Positions 9,091-18,416 of a stretch of 32,000 bases of DNA are shown here, in pieces. The stretch comes from Okeania sp. (GTDB lineage: Bacteria > Cyanobacteriota > Cyanobacteriia > Cyanobacteriales > Microcoleaceae): NCBI RefSeq assembly GCF_035285525.1, contig NZ_JAYKGW010000047.1:8149-40148 (forward strand), read 5' to 3'. The position numbers and the translations under genes were made by a program. The notes below the pieces were generated by a model that did not search any database, was not told the DNA's origin, and saw nothing but the letters and a program-made list of their open reading frames with translations. Numbering within the stretch: the first letter of the stretch is position 1; each line of letters begins with the position of its first letter.

Positions 9091-9326
9091 AAAAAAATTG
9101 GGCAAGTAGGAAAGTAGTGATCGCGCCTCGCCATATACCCAACTTGGAAAGGATTGCCCTAGAGAACCAGTTTGAAAGTCTCTCGGAGACCATAGATTGG
9201 GTATTGACTGACTGGCATCGGTGGGTTAACGGATACAACACTCCCAACTTCAATCACATTAGCAACCCAGTAGAAAATACTGCTCCTGTTGTTGAGGAGG
9301 ATGATGATTTACTAGCGGATTTATAG
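9087..9326 (+). CDS. small ParR-like adaptor candidate (RHH-like N-terminus, acidic C-terminal tail)
   Basis: 79-aa ORF overlapping the ParM-like stop by ATGA (translational coupling). RKVVIAPRHIPNLERIALENQFESLSETIDWVL fits a strand-helix-helix pattern. The C-terminus is EEDDDLLADL. Confidence 0.5.
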   Translation: MKKNWASRKVVIAPRHIPNLERIALENQFESLSETIDWVLTDWHRWVNGYNTPNFNHISNPVENTAPVVEEDDDLLADL

Positions 9327-9530
9327 ATGAAAATTAACTTTCAATTATATTGATCTGCCAATCATATTTTCCAATGTACATCCACACATCAAATACTTGA
9401 ACACAGAAAAACTTTTGTAGACGCTTATAGAACCGAACTTACTTGAGTATAAGATGAGAATGCAGTAGCTATTTCTGCAAGGTTGATAGTTTTCAGATCA
9501 TGTCCGTTGAAAATAGTTTGGCAAGAAAAT

Positions 9531-9564
9531 GCTGACTGTTTCTTTTAGTTAAATAACAGTCAGC
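9531..9564 (-). terminator. hairpin downstream of psbY (candidate intrinsic terminator)
   Basis: GCTGACTGTT (9531-9540) pairs with AACAGTCAGC (9555-9564) around a 14-nt loop. On the minus strand it lies about 30 nt after the psbY stop and is followed by ATTTTCTT. Confidence 0.4.
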
Positions 9565-9595
9565 ACTTAGACAAAAAAATATATTGTACTTAATT

Positions 9596-9724
9596 TTAAG
9601 CTTCTTCTTTATTTAGGAAATTTTGCAGTTGTTGGAGAGCCATAACACCAATATTGAAAACAGCCCAACCAGCAGCAGCAATTATAGGAAATAGAACGAT
9701 TAACAAGCGAAAGTCAAAATCCAT
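9596..9724 (-). CDS. psbY: photosystem II protein Y
   Basis: 42-aa minus-strand ORF MDFDFRLLIVLFPIIAAAGWAVFNIGVMALQQLQNFLNKEEA, preceded by GAGGAG. The AAGWAVFNIG core and single TM helix match my recollection of cyanobacterial PsbY. It is absent from the ORF track because it is shorter than 60 aa. Confidence 0.8.
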   Translation of the reverse strand: MDFDFRLLIVLFPIIAAAGWAVFNIGVMALQQLQNFLNKEEA

Positions 9725-10109
9725 TTTTTTTCTCCTCAAGATTTAAAAGCATTTTTCTGTATTTTATAATTTAGCGCAATTTTAATCTTATGTTAAGCTT
9801 TCTCATTAAAAAATTTTCACATCAAATCCACTTGCTTTTAAATTTTATGAGAAACCAGGTTTATAGGAAGTAGGTTTCTTATGGTCGGGCATTTAATATC
9901 AAACCCGGTAGCATCGGTATAATTCAAGCTCTGTAGGGGTTTGGTCTCCAAACCCTATACAAACACTGAAAATTATGTAATTATTGATACAGTATATTTT
10001 GGGAAAATGAGTTAATGGGGAAATATTGTAGTGCGGGCATCTTGCCCGCGATGGGTTTACCTCATCACAATAGGAAGCGTTATATTTATTCAAATCAAAT
10101 TGAAATTTC

Positions 10110-10649
10110 TTAATTTTGGATTGAGTTAGTAAACCCAATATCAGTTCCTTTACCAGCATGAACTAAAGCTAACTTCTCATAATGTTCAGCGTGTTCCAGT
10201 AAATCAGCGACCTCTTGCTCCGAAAGCTCCCTAAGTTTTTTTGCTGGTACTCCGACTGCCAAACATGAAGGTGGTACATCCTTAGTTACAACAGACCCAG
10301 CTCCAATTATACTGCCTGCTCCCACCCGTACACCATTCAAAACTACAGCTCCAATACCAATTAAACAACCTCTTTCTATATAGGCCGAGTGAATAACTGC
10401 TCGATGTCCAACCGTTACATGATCTTCTAAAACAGTTACCAACCCTGGGTCTCCATGAAGGACTGCTCCATCTTGGATATTGGTATGGTCTCCAATAATA
10501 ATTTTTTCTACATCCCCCCGGACTACAGCTCCATACCAAATACTGGCTCCTGTGCATACCTCTACTGTCCCCATAACTGTAGCGTTATCTGCAACAAAAG
10601 CAGCTTTAGATAAATCTGGGGGAGACCAAAAATCAGGCTGATTGGACAT
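10110..10649 (-). CDS. gamma carbonic anhydrase family protein (left-handed beta-helix)
   Basis: 179-aa [38 protein letters not shown] and repeated hexapeptide turns are typical of the gamma-CA/YrdA/PaaY family. Confidence 0.85.
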   Translation of the reverse strand: MSNQPDFWSPPDLSKAAFVADNATVMGTVEVCTGASIWYGAVVRGDVEKIIIGDHTNIQDGAVLHGDPGLVTVLEDHVTVGHRAVIHSAYIERGCLIGIGAVVLNGVRVGAGSIIGAGSVVTKDVPPSCLAVGVPAKKLRELSEQEVADLLEHAEHYEKLALVHAGKGTDIGFTNSIQN

Positions 10650-10809
10650 TATTTTCTTAATAAAAATTGATATTTGTCTAATTAGTTAGAATTTTATCAT
10701 CATTAATTGCAGAAGTTAGAATCAAGGGCAAATGGCCATTTGCCCCTACATTTCCCAACTCTACTTGAAAGGCGTGAGAATCTCCTAACTACCCTGGTGT
10801 TTGCTATTA

Positions 10810-10840
10810 CTGATAACTGATAACTGATAACTGATAACTG
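10810..10840. repeat. STRR heptamer array (CTGATAA x4)
   Basis: Tandem heptamers ending 2 nt before the ATG at 10843. Confidence 0.9.
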
Positions 10841-10842
10841 AA

Positions 10843-11352
10843 ATGATTGACCCCGGTCTCCAATATCCAATTTTTGGTCCTGAGATTCAGTGTCCTCACT
10901 GTCGCGAGACCATTCCAGCTCTTACTTTAACAGATACTTATTTGTGTCCTCGTCATGGGGCGTTTGAAGCCGATCCAAATACTGGTGAGTTGTCTCATCT
11001 CTATTCTGGCCGTCACTGGCGCCTCTGGAATAATGAGTGGTATCGGCAACATACTCATCCCGATGGAATCAGGTTTGAAATCCATGAGGCTCTTGACCGA
11101 CTTTATACTCAAGGATATCGAGCAACTCGTGTGATTATTGCTCAAAGATATCGGGAGTCGGTTAATGCTTATTTAGAAGGTAGTACCGGTAGGCGTGCTA
11201 ATTCTGAATCTGATTTAGTAAAACTTTATGGTTTACCTGTAGAATTTAGTCCTGACCCGAAGGATGAACCTTGTTGGGAAGTCATTAATTTCCAATTAGA
11301 GAAAGAGGAAGGGGTAGTTGGGAGGTATCCCTATTTTCGATTGTTGGAGTAA
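10843..11352 (+). CDS. conserved hypothetical protein with N-terminal zinc-ribbon-like CxxC...CxxH
   Basis: 169-aa ORF with balanced composition. CPHCRETIPALTLTDTYLCPRHG is a knuckle pair. The family is not recognised beyond that. Confidence 0.65.
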   Translation: MIDPGLQYPIFGPEIQCPHCRETIPALTLTDTYLCPRHGAFEADPNTGELSHLYSGRHWRLWNNEWYRQHTHPDGIRFEIHEALDRLYTQGYRATRVIIAQRYRESVNAYLEGSTGRRANSESDLVKLYGLPVEFSPDPKDEPCWEVINFQLEKEEGVVGRYPYFRLLE

Positions 11353-11619
11353 CTTTATTTGGAAATCTTACAGCGCTTCCCATTGTCGGTGAAGTACAAA
11401 AGTTTAGGTCTGAGGGAACACTTAACTGGGAACAGGAAATAGAAGGATCTAAAAATAACTGTATAGCGCTGCGCACAGGCAACAGGGAACAGGAAGAATG
11501 AATAGCTGATAATATAATACTTTTAGCTATTGGACATCTCCTGGAATTTGTAAATATTAAGTGCGCACATTGCTATATCTTATAATTTTGGAAAGTGCTT
11601 ATGCAAAATTAATTACACC

Positions 11620-11937
11620 GTAAGCATTCAGCCGTCAGCCATCAGCTATCATCTATTTTTTTTGGTTTTATATAAAATCCGGTTGAATACTCGTTATATA
11701 GTTGTCGGAGATGGGGAGATGGGGAGATGGGGAGACGGGGAGACGGGGAGACGGGGAGATTGAAGTGTAGATAAAATTATGAACATATACACTTGTAACC
11801 GGATTCTATATTAGATGTAAATCTCATCTTTAAGACTATGTTTATAAACATTTCTCTTAATATAAAACTTTGTAATCGATAGCTTGAAAAACAGAGTCTT
11901 GTTGCTGATAGCTGATAGCTAATACCTAAATGCTTAC
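11620..11937. mobile_element. MITE-like element, GTAAGCATT-terminus family, carrying an internal heptamer array
   Basis: Ends are GTAAGCATTCAGCCGTCAGCCATCAGCTATCA / GCTGATAGCTGATAGCTAATACCTAAATGCTTAC. The interior (GTAAATCTCATCTTTAAGACTAT...ATAAACATTTCTCTT.ATATAAAACTT) matches the copy at 31521-31743. There is a GGGGAGA heptamer run at 11707-11761. Confidence 0.7.
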
Positions 11938-12062
11938 ATTACACATTACTATTAGATATCTCCAATTTTATCCAGAAATTATCAATTCTTTCTTCCTGTT
12001 CCCTGTTTCATCCCTGAACTAGAAAATTAATCTTAGAAGTAAAGTTTAAAATATTAAAATAA

Positions 12063-12500
12063 ATGCACCATGTTTCGATTCGGACTGGTAATATTCATCG
12101 AGCGATCGCTTTCTATGAAAAGTTAGGTTTTATAGTTTGTCAACGCTTTACTACAGGGTATACTTTAGCCTGTTGGATGGAAGGATTAAATGGTATAATT
12201 GAACTAATTCAAATTCCTGAACCTAAACCTGCACCTGATGCTTTTGGGGATGAAAATTATGTTGGATATTATCATATATCATTTGATTTGACTGAAATTG
12301 TTGCAGATTTACCTAGTTGGTTAAATTCTTTAAAACAACAGTTTGATTTAGCGGTTATAGAACAATCAGAAGTTTTTCAACCATTAAAAATTTTGTTAGA
12401 ACCTACCCAACAAATAATTGGAAATAATGTTTATGAAGTTACCTTTATTGCGGATAGTGATGGTTTACCTTTAGAGTTTATTAGGAAGTTAAATCCCTAA
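12063..12500 (+). CDS. VOC (glyoxalase/bleomycin resistance/dioxygenase) family protein
   Basis: 145-aa ORF. The N-terminal HHVSIRTGNIHRAIAFYEKLGF is the classic VOC beta-alpha-beta start, with a second half-site at YYHISFDL. Confidence 0.75.
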   Translation: MHHVSIRTGNIHRAIAFYEKLGFIVCQRFTTGYTLACWMEGLNGIIELIQIPEPKPAPDAFGDENYVGYYHISFDLTEIVADLPSWLNSLKQQFDLAVIEQSEVFQPLKILLEPTQQIIGNNVYEVTFIADSDGLPLEFIRKLNP

Positions 12501-12799
12501 GTTTTTGTTGAAGGAAGGCAGAATTTAGAAGGGGAATAATGAGGTAAGAATATAATTGTTTTCATCTATCCTAATTCTATATCAACTAATAAATTTCTTC
12601 TGCACGACTACTTAAATATCTAATTTTTGGTATATTTTAGCTGAAAATAAAAAAACTGAAACTCTTACCTCGTCTCAGTTAAGTGTTCCCACCTTCTCTG
12701 TTCCCTGTTACCTAAAAGATGATACAATTTCTGATTAAAAATGCCTTAAAATATTACTGTGTAAATTTTTTTAATTTATTCAGCAAACTCTAATTAATT

Positions 12800-12888
12800 A
12801 GGACTTACCCATAGACCATAGATATAGCTTTCAAAACTATAGCGCTATAGTTCTTTAAATCTATATATAGTAACTTTGTGTAAGTCCT
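12800..12888. repeat. small palindromic dispersed repeat (AGGACTTACCCA...TGTGTAAGTCCT)
   Basis: Termini read directly. It ends 12 nt before the ORF opening at 12901. Confidence 0.85.
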
Positions 12889-12927
12889 GTTAATCAAAAA
12901 TTGACTGTTAAAGGATGTAAAATAGAG

Positions 12928-13230
12928 ATGATTAAACAAAAATTTCGTCAATTTCATAAAATCGTCGCGCCAATAGTTTTTCTACCACTATTTGTGACTG
13001 TAATTACAGGAGTAGCTTATCGACTAGGTAGAAATTGGTTTGGATTATCTAGAGACCAAGCACATATTTTAATGGTAATCCATGAAGGTGAATATTTGGG
13101 CAATGAAATTAAACCTTTTTATGTATTATTAAATGGTATTGGTTTAGTTTGGATGTTAGTAACAGGTATTGTTATGAGTGGTGTATTTAGTAAAAAGAAA
13201 CCTCAGCCAAATAAAGAACAATCATCGTAA
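12928..13230 (+). CDS. small two-TM membrane protein (PepSY-associated TM-helix-like)
   Basis: From the ATG at 12928: MIKQKFRQFHKIVAPIVFLPLFVTVITGVAYRLGR...LNGIGLVWMLVTGIVM. The track start at 12901 is a TTG. The stop codon lies inside a solo MITE terminus. Confidence 0.55.
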   Translation: MIKQKFRQFHKIVAPIVFLPLFVTVITGVAYRLGRNWFGLSRDQAHILMVIHEGEYLGNEIKPFYVLLNGIGLVWMLVTGIVMSGVFSKKKPQPNKEQSS

Positions 13231-13267
13231 GCATTTCCTGTGGAATGCGCTCCCATTCAGCTATCAG
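13227..13267. repeat. solo terminus of the GTAAGCATT MITE family
   Basis: GTAAGCATTTCCTGTGGAATGCGCTCCCATTCAGCTATCAG matches the end of the 31521 and 22388 copies. The TAA at 13228-13230 within it is the stop of the upstream ORF. Confidence 0.6.
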
Positions 13268-13667
13268 ATCCATCAATTTCATAACTTAACCTTAGTAAAT
13301 TATTGTCAATTTTATTTGTAACACAACCATCCTGGTTGTAACAACCAAGATGGTTGTGCCACCAAAGTTACTGAATAAAATTTTGTACCTCACGCGCGGG
13401 CGTGAAATTGCTGTACATGTTCCCAGTCCCGGTATCTTGCCCGCGCAGGTATACCCCCTATTCCCCCTCCTCAAAGCCTAAAATAGCGATCGCAAACTTA
13501 TCGCCATTCTAAGTTTTGTAACAATTAAAATCGGATTGCAATAATTGCTTAATGATTACTTTATAAAGAAAGTCTAAGTTTAATTACAAAATATTAAAAA
13601 AATCCGCAAATTCTTAAAAACTTGTTATTGTAAAAAACATAAACATTAAAAAACTTTAAAAAAAACA

Positions 13668-13790
13668 ATGAAAGTATCAAATTCTTCTTCTTCACATCTT
13701 GGTCAGTCAATATCCCTAGGAATTGTTTTAGTCCTTATGAGTGTTGGGATTATGCTCTTGACAATGCTAATGATTGCAAATAGCAATTAA
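13668..13790 (+). CDS. hypothetical 40-aa membrane peptide
   Basis: MKVSNSSSSHLGQSISLGIVLVLMSVGIMLLTMLMIANSN with one TM helix, in an otherwise empty A-rich intergenic region. No family is recognised. Confidence 0.3.
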   Translation: MKVSNSSSSHLGQSISLGIVLVLMSVGIMLLTMLMIANSN

Positions 13791-13970
13791 TTAGCTATCA
13801 ACTTCCAGCCACTCTGGGTTAAAATTTTCTTAGAGTTTGATAATTCTGATTACTAAATACTAACCACCGACTACTTCTTCAAGCAAAATAATAGACCCCA
13901 AGCTACTGAGGTCTAGTTAATCCAATTTCAAGATAGTTTCAATATAGGGTGAGATAATAGCATCCCCACC

Positions 13971-14684
13971 CTATAAACGCACTAAAAGATTTTTACCATG
14001 AGTATCAGTACCGCAGGTATTGATTAAACCATAAATAGCACTAAGTCTTTTCACTTGTTCTGTTTGCTTTGGGCTAGGTTTCCATGGTTTAGTATGACTG
14101 TAAGCATAGTAAGTCTCCACCCCATCAATACCCAAATTTGCTGCTTCCTTAATTAAGTCAGTAGCGGAACGCCGATAACGACAGGGATGAGCGAGTACCG
14201 CTAAACCACTCGCTTTTTGAATAGCACTAATTACATTAGCAGCTTGATATTCTTGACCTTTAGTTGCTTTTCCTGTCAAATAAGGCTTTAAACCAAAGTT
14301 TTCTGGGTTAAAACCATATCCAAGAATATGTACCTCAACATTCAGTAAGTTAGCATTAATTTCTACTCCGCTCCACAGAGTAGGTGCTAAATGTTCTTGA
14401 TCTGGATTGATAGATTTCCAGTTTTCTAACCAAGTTTTAGCTTTTTTATAACCACCAATATTATGATGGTCGGTAATGGCCAAACCTTTGAGGCCGATCG
14501 CAAGTGCTTGCTGTATTAAAGTCTCAGGTGTTAACTGTCCATCAGAATAGATTGTATGTAGATGAAAGTTATAAGAGTTTGGGCAAGTATCAGCATCAAC
14601 AGTTTCAAAGATTTGCTTAATTTGAGAGTAATTATTAACTACTCTTTTTTCGGTTAAATCACGAGCCGGAGTTATGATAGACAT
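13971..14684 (-). CDS. PHP domain-containing metal-dependent phosphoesterase
   Basis: 237-aa ORF with FHLHTIYSDG, AITDHHNIGG, VLAHP and GTDTHG histidine motifs in PHP order. Confidence 0.85.
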   Translation of the reverse strand: MSIITPARDLTEKRVVNNYSQIKQIFETVDADTCPNSYNFHLHTIYSDGQLTPETLIQQALAIGLKGLAITDHHNIGGYKKAKTWLENWKSINPDQEHLAPTLWSGVEINANLLNVEVHILGYGFNPENFGLKPYLTGKATKGQEYQAANVISAIQKASGLAVLAHPCRYRRSATDLIKEAANLGIDGVETYYAYSHTKPWKPSPKQTEQVKRLSAIYGLINTCGTDTHGKNLLVRL

Positions 14685-15000
14685 ATATCTTCATAAATTG
14701 TTACTCTCTCCAATATATCTAAAAATTTACCTGATAGGGTGGAAGTTAGTCCTAGTTAACTAAATAGATATCGCCAGAAAAGAGGAAGTAGGGACATTTG
14801 GATGCAACGTTCTTGAATAATTAATAATTAATAATTACCTATTCTTATAAAGAAGAGGACTAGCGAAAAGGAACTTTTTTTCTTTTTTTTCCATGAATGG
14901 AGAGGCTTTATACCTTAATTTTTTGGTAAAAAGTAGGGAGCAGAGAGTAGGAGAAAAAAATTGATACTTTCTGTGCAATAATTGATTTTATTTTTTATTC

Positions 15001-15047
15001 ACTACTTACGCAAAGCAACCAAGAAACCGGGTTTCTACATAAGTCCT
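15001..15047. repeat. short copy of the palindromic repeat family (ACTACTTACGCA...CATAAGTCCT)
   Basis: Termini plus the central AAGAAACCGGGTTTCT palindrome. It is flanked by 33-bp imperfect direct repeats at 14942-14974 and 15071-15103. Confidence 0.7.
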
Positions 15048-15328
15048 ACTATTGTTCGAAAAGAGAGAGTAGAGAGTAAGGAGAAAAAATTAATCGTTTC
15101 TGTACCAGAATAAATTCTTTTTGTAAAAATTTTCTATGAAAGAAATTTAAAATATTGATAATTATAGTAGCGATTTATCTGTATTGAAAATTACATAAAA
15201 ATCATAAATGGACTCAATCGAAGTGGAATGGGCAACGCCCATTCCTGAAAGAAGCGGATGAACTAATGTAGCCAACTTTGATTGGATAAGTAAAAATAAT
15301 CTGTTTCATTTTTAATACCATATTAGCT

Positions 15329-16546
15329 TTAGTCCTGATTGCGGAAGACACGAGCCATATCCAATACTTTTGCCCAACGTTTTTGTAACTGCTTAGGAGT
15401 ACATTTGATGGCAGTAGCGATCGCTTTTTCATCTTCACCAGCTTGCTTAAGTTCTAAAATTTGCTTTTCCTCTGCAGAAAGAGTAGTTAAGAAAGCTTGC
15501 CATTTATCAGAAACCATACCTAATTTTTGGTCAATATCAGCTCCTAACCATTCATGTACTAACTGCCAATTTTGAGAACGAGCAAACTTTTCTACATGAT
15601 ACTTAAAACGTTGTTGTAAGTAATCCCGTTGACGAGAAGTTAAGCCCAACTTTTTATCAATATCAGATGCTTGATAATCTTGTAGTCTTAATTTTAGATA
15701 ATCAATACATTCGTCTTGTCCAGCTTCCTCTAAGTATTTGACTAACTCAGAAATTACGCGATCGCGCAACACAGCTTCAGCAGGGTCAACAGTCTCTGCA
15801 ACCATTTGTTCCCGCACTTGTTGGACAGCAGAAGAGCGACTATGAGCTTCTCCCTCTTCACCTTTAGGAGACTCAACTGCCATTTCAATATCAATTGCAG
15901 TTTCGGGAGGTTGACCTTTAGCAAAACTCTGAGCGCGTAACACAATTAATCTTTGACGGTTGCGACCAGGTAAACCAATTTGGCGTTTCGCGTATTGTTC
16001 AGTGAATGTCATGTATTCTGCTAATTCTAACTTTACTTTAGGAGTATAGTCTTGGTCTAAACCATGCTCCCGACGGAAAGCTCGTAGACACTCAATATAA
16101 AATCCTTGTAAAAAATCCTCAATCATGTTATAACGACCTTGGAAATTTAACTGAGTTCCATAAGCAGCAATATGACGATAAACCATTGAAGCTAGGAGAG
16201 AGTGTAATTCTACACGACCTCTATGAGAACCGAGTTTGTAATATTCTAAGCACTTTTCCCAACGATGGCGTGCCAAACTAAGTTGCCAGGAACGAACTTC
16301 ACCAGAATTTTGAATCCTATTACTTTTTAAACAAATTCTTTCTACTTCTTTAGCTATCCGTAGAGCTACAGTTTTAGCTTTTGCTGGCTTACTTTTTGCA
16401 CCATCTTGCAACTCTTTTAAGACCACACCAGCTAAAGCTTCTGTATCCATTTCTAGTGCATTATTTGTTGTAGTTTGATTTTCAAGTTGGTTGTGATTAA
16501 CTTTTGCAGTAGTAGAGTTTTGGGAGTTAGCAGTCTTAATAGTCAT
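15329..16546 (-). CDS. HetZ-related protein (HetZ family, C-terminal HTH)
   Basis: 405-aa ORF. Blocks RIQNSGEVRSW, YYKLGSHRGRVELHS, IEDFLQGFYIE, LIVLRAQSF, RQRDYLQQRFKYH and the C-terminal ILELKQAGEDEKAIATAIKCTPKQLQKRW match my recollection of HetZ-family proteins. No patU-like gene follows, so it is probably the paralog rather than hetZ itself. Confidence 0.65.
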   Translation of the reverse strand: MTIKTANSQNSTTAKVNHNQLENQTTTNNALEMDTEALAGVVLKELQDGAKSKPAKAKTVALRIAKEVERICLKSNRIQNSGEVRSWQLSLARHRWEKCLEYYKLGSHRGRVELHSLLASMVYRHIAAYGTQLNFQGRYNMIEDFLQGFYIECLRAFRREHGLDQDYTPKVKLELAEYMTFTEQYAKRQIGLPGRNRQRLIVLRAQSFAKGQPPETAIDIEMAVESPKGEEGEAHSRSSAVQQVREQMVAETVDPAEAVLRDRVISELVKYLEEAGQDECIDYLKLRLQDYQASDIDKKLGLTSRQRDYLQQRFKYHVEKFARSQNWQLVHEWLGADIDQKLGMVSDKWQAFLTTLSAEEKQILELKQAGEDEKAIATAIKCTPKQLQKRWAKVLDMARVFRNQD

Positions 16547-16849
16547 TTGATTTTTCCTCTGGATAATAATGATGTAGAGTGATTAGGTGTTGGTTGAAGT
16601 CTTTGTGATTTCTTCCTTGTCTCTACATTTACAACTATAGGAAAGCTCTCCAAACTATTGGTTGAAGCAAGTTCCACTTTGATCATGTGGTTTTGCTATT
16701 AACAACAAATTCTGAAGTTCACCATCAAATATGTATTTTCCGGAATTATGCAAAAAACCCTTGAAAGCTTAATATACATAGAAAATCAAGACTTTAGTTA
16801 CTAAACTACCTTAAGTTAGGGACACTGTGACAGTTACTAAATTGACAAT

Positions 16850-16878
16850 GCCACCTGTGTAACAGATACACAGGTGGC
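16850..16878. other. perfect 11-bp stem hairpin
   Basis: GCCACCTGTGT-AACAGAT-ACACAGGTGGC, immediately followed by a TATCAGT heptamer array (16883-16917). It lies about 300 nt upstream of the HetZ-related start. Its role (terminator or leader structure) is unknown. Confidence 0.5.
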
Positions 16879-17037
16879 ACATTATCAGTTATCAATTATC
16901 AGTTATCAGTTATCAGTGTCCAGAAGTTGGTATTCAGAAGCCAATATTAACTAGGGTTGGCGCTGAAAAGTCTCTTGGAGAGGTTAGGCAATAGGCAATG
17001 GGCAATGGTTGTAGGTATTAATTTTTCTGCATTTTTC

Positions 17038-17430
17038 CTAGGGTGTGTCATCAATTAGATGTTAGAAGCTTTATCAACAAAGGTAGTGGACTGACAAGGC
17101 TAAAACTGTTAATTACATCATTGGGGAGCGGGTTTATATAACAGGACTTACGCAAATGAAACCAGAAACCCGGTTTATCGTAGACTTCTATTGCTCAACA
17201 CAACGATTTATCCTAGAAATCGGGTTCCTCCCGTGTAAGTCCTAATAACTAACTGTGAAAATTGTTGTACGGACGTTGTATGCAATATCCCTACTGAGAA
17301 ACCCGCCCCTACCGACCGCACAATTTCAGGTATGCGCTCGCTATATCTGAACCTACTCTTGACAATCGCGATTATTAAATAACAGAGAATAGCCTTTTTG
17401 TCAACTTATTTAATTGATGACACGTCCTAG
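17038..17430. mobile_element. 393-bp MITE with 20-bp terminal inverted repeats
   Basis: The left end is CTAGGGTGTGTCATCAATTA. The reverse complement of the right end is CTAGGACGTGTCATCAATTA (2 mismatches). There is no ORF, and it carries a nested palindromic repeat at 17143-17243. Confidence 0.65.
17143..17243. repeat. small palindromic dispersed repeat nested in the MITE
   Basis: AGGACTTACGCAAATGAAACC...CCCGTGTAAGTCCT. It is the reverse-complement relative of the copy at 24217-24318. Confidence 0.85.
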
Positions 17431-17549
17431 TTTGGTGAAGAAAAATTCGCAGTTTTAAGGATTAATCTAGTAGTTTTTTGGTACTTTGTGTTACCTGAAA
17501 TAGCCTTTAAGTTTTATATGTCAATGGTTTTAGATTTATTCAGCAATCC

Positions 17550-18206
17550 CTAACTAATCAAAGCTGTTACTGTTTCTACCTGAAGACCTTCTCGAATCAA
17601 ATTTGGTTCTGGGCCAGTTAAGTCCAGAATAGTCGATACTTGATATCCTGGGTCAGAACCATCATCGACAATTATATCCACCAGATTTTCTAGACAATCA
17701 AATAATTCTGCTTTACCAGTCACTGCTTCTAGTTTTACCGGGGCCATTCCTTCCGCATCACTGGTAATATGAGCCGATGTGGAAATTATGGGATTGCCCA
17801 AAGTTTCTAATAAGGCCAAACAAACTTGATGATCTGGAACCCGGATACCTGTAGTTTTACGTTTTGGACTCATTACCAATCGTGGCACTAATTTGGTGGC
17901 AGGTAGGACAAATGTATATGGGCCAGGAATTAAACGTTTGATAATCCGATACCCTGAGTCACTGACAATAGCGTAATTAGCAATGTTGGACAGGGAGGAA
18001 CAAAGGAATGTTAAAGGCTTATCATTAGATAGTTGTTTAATTTGCCTAACTTTCTCCACCGCAGATTTAACAGAAAGGTCACAACCTATGGCGTAAACCG
18101 TATCTGTGGGATAAAGCATTACTGCCCCATCTTTCAGATCGTTGATAATCTGTTCTACACGCCTTGTTTGGGGTGTATCAGGATGAAGTTCGTAAAAAAT
18201 TGCCAT
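17550..18206 (-). CDS. tsaC: L-threonylcarbamoyladenylate synthase (YrdC/TsaC family)
   Basis: 218-aa ORF. MLYPTDTVYAIGCD, KPLTFLC, PGPYTFVLPA and GIRVPDH are characteristic YrdC-domain blocks. Confidence 0.85.
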   Translation of the reverse strand: MAIFYELHPDTPQTRRVEQIINDLKDGAVMLYPTDTVYAIGCDLSVKSAVEKVRQIKQLSNDKPLTFLCSSLSNIANYAIVSDSGYRIIKRLIPGPYTFVLPATKLVPRLVMSPKRKTTGIRVPDHQVCLALLETLGNPIISTSAHITSDAEGMAPVKLEAVTGKAELFDCLENLVDIIVDDGSDPGYQVSTILDLTGPEPNLIREGLQVETVTALIS

Positions 18207-18416
18207 TTTTTTTATTTTAGATTTTAGATAATAATTAATAATGAATAATTAATAATGAATAGACTTGTTGGGAATTAAGCCCAAAAAATCGCTAAAACCC
18301 TTATCAGTCAAGGTTTATAGTGTTTTTTGATCGTAAAATCCTGAAAGCTTTATATAGTAAGCCTTGGAGCGTTTTAAATTTTTATTTCCAAACAACTCTA
18401 ATAATTAATAATTATT

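Noticed and set aside
8171-9134. Minus-strand ORFs 8171..8392 and 8928..9134
   Set aside because: They are antisense to the ParM-like gene.
9899-10159. 86-aa minus-strand ORF
   Set aside because: It overlaps the 3' end of the gamma-CA-like gene and two dispersed hairpin repeats, so it is not coding-like.
10282-10557. Alternative-frame ORF inside the gamma-CA-like gene
   Set aside because: It is on the same strand as a well-supported gene but in a different frame, and its Trp/Arg/Ser/Cys-rich composition is typical of an off-frame artefact.
15214-15945. Short ORFs overlapping the HetZ-related gene (15214..15438, 15339..15575, 15754..15945)
   Set aside because: They overlap or are antisense to the 405-aa ORF that carries family motifs. 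No patU-like product is recognisable.
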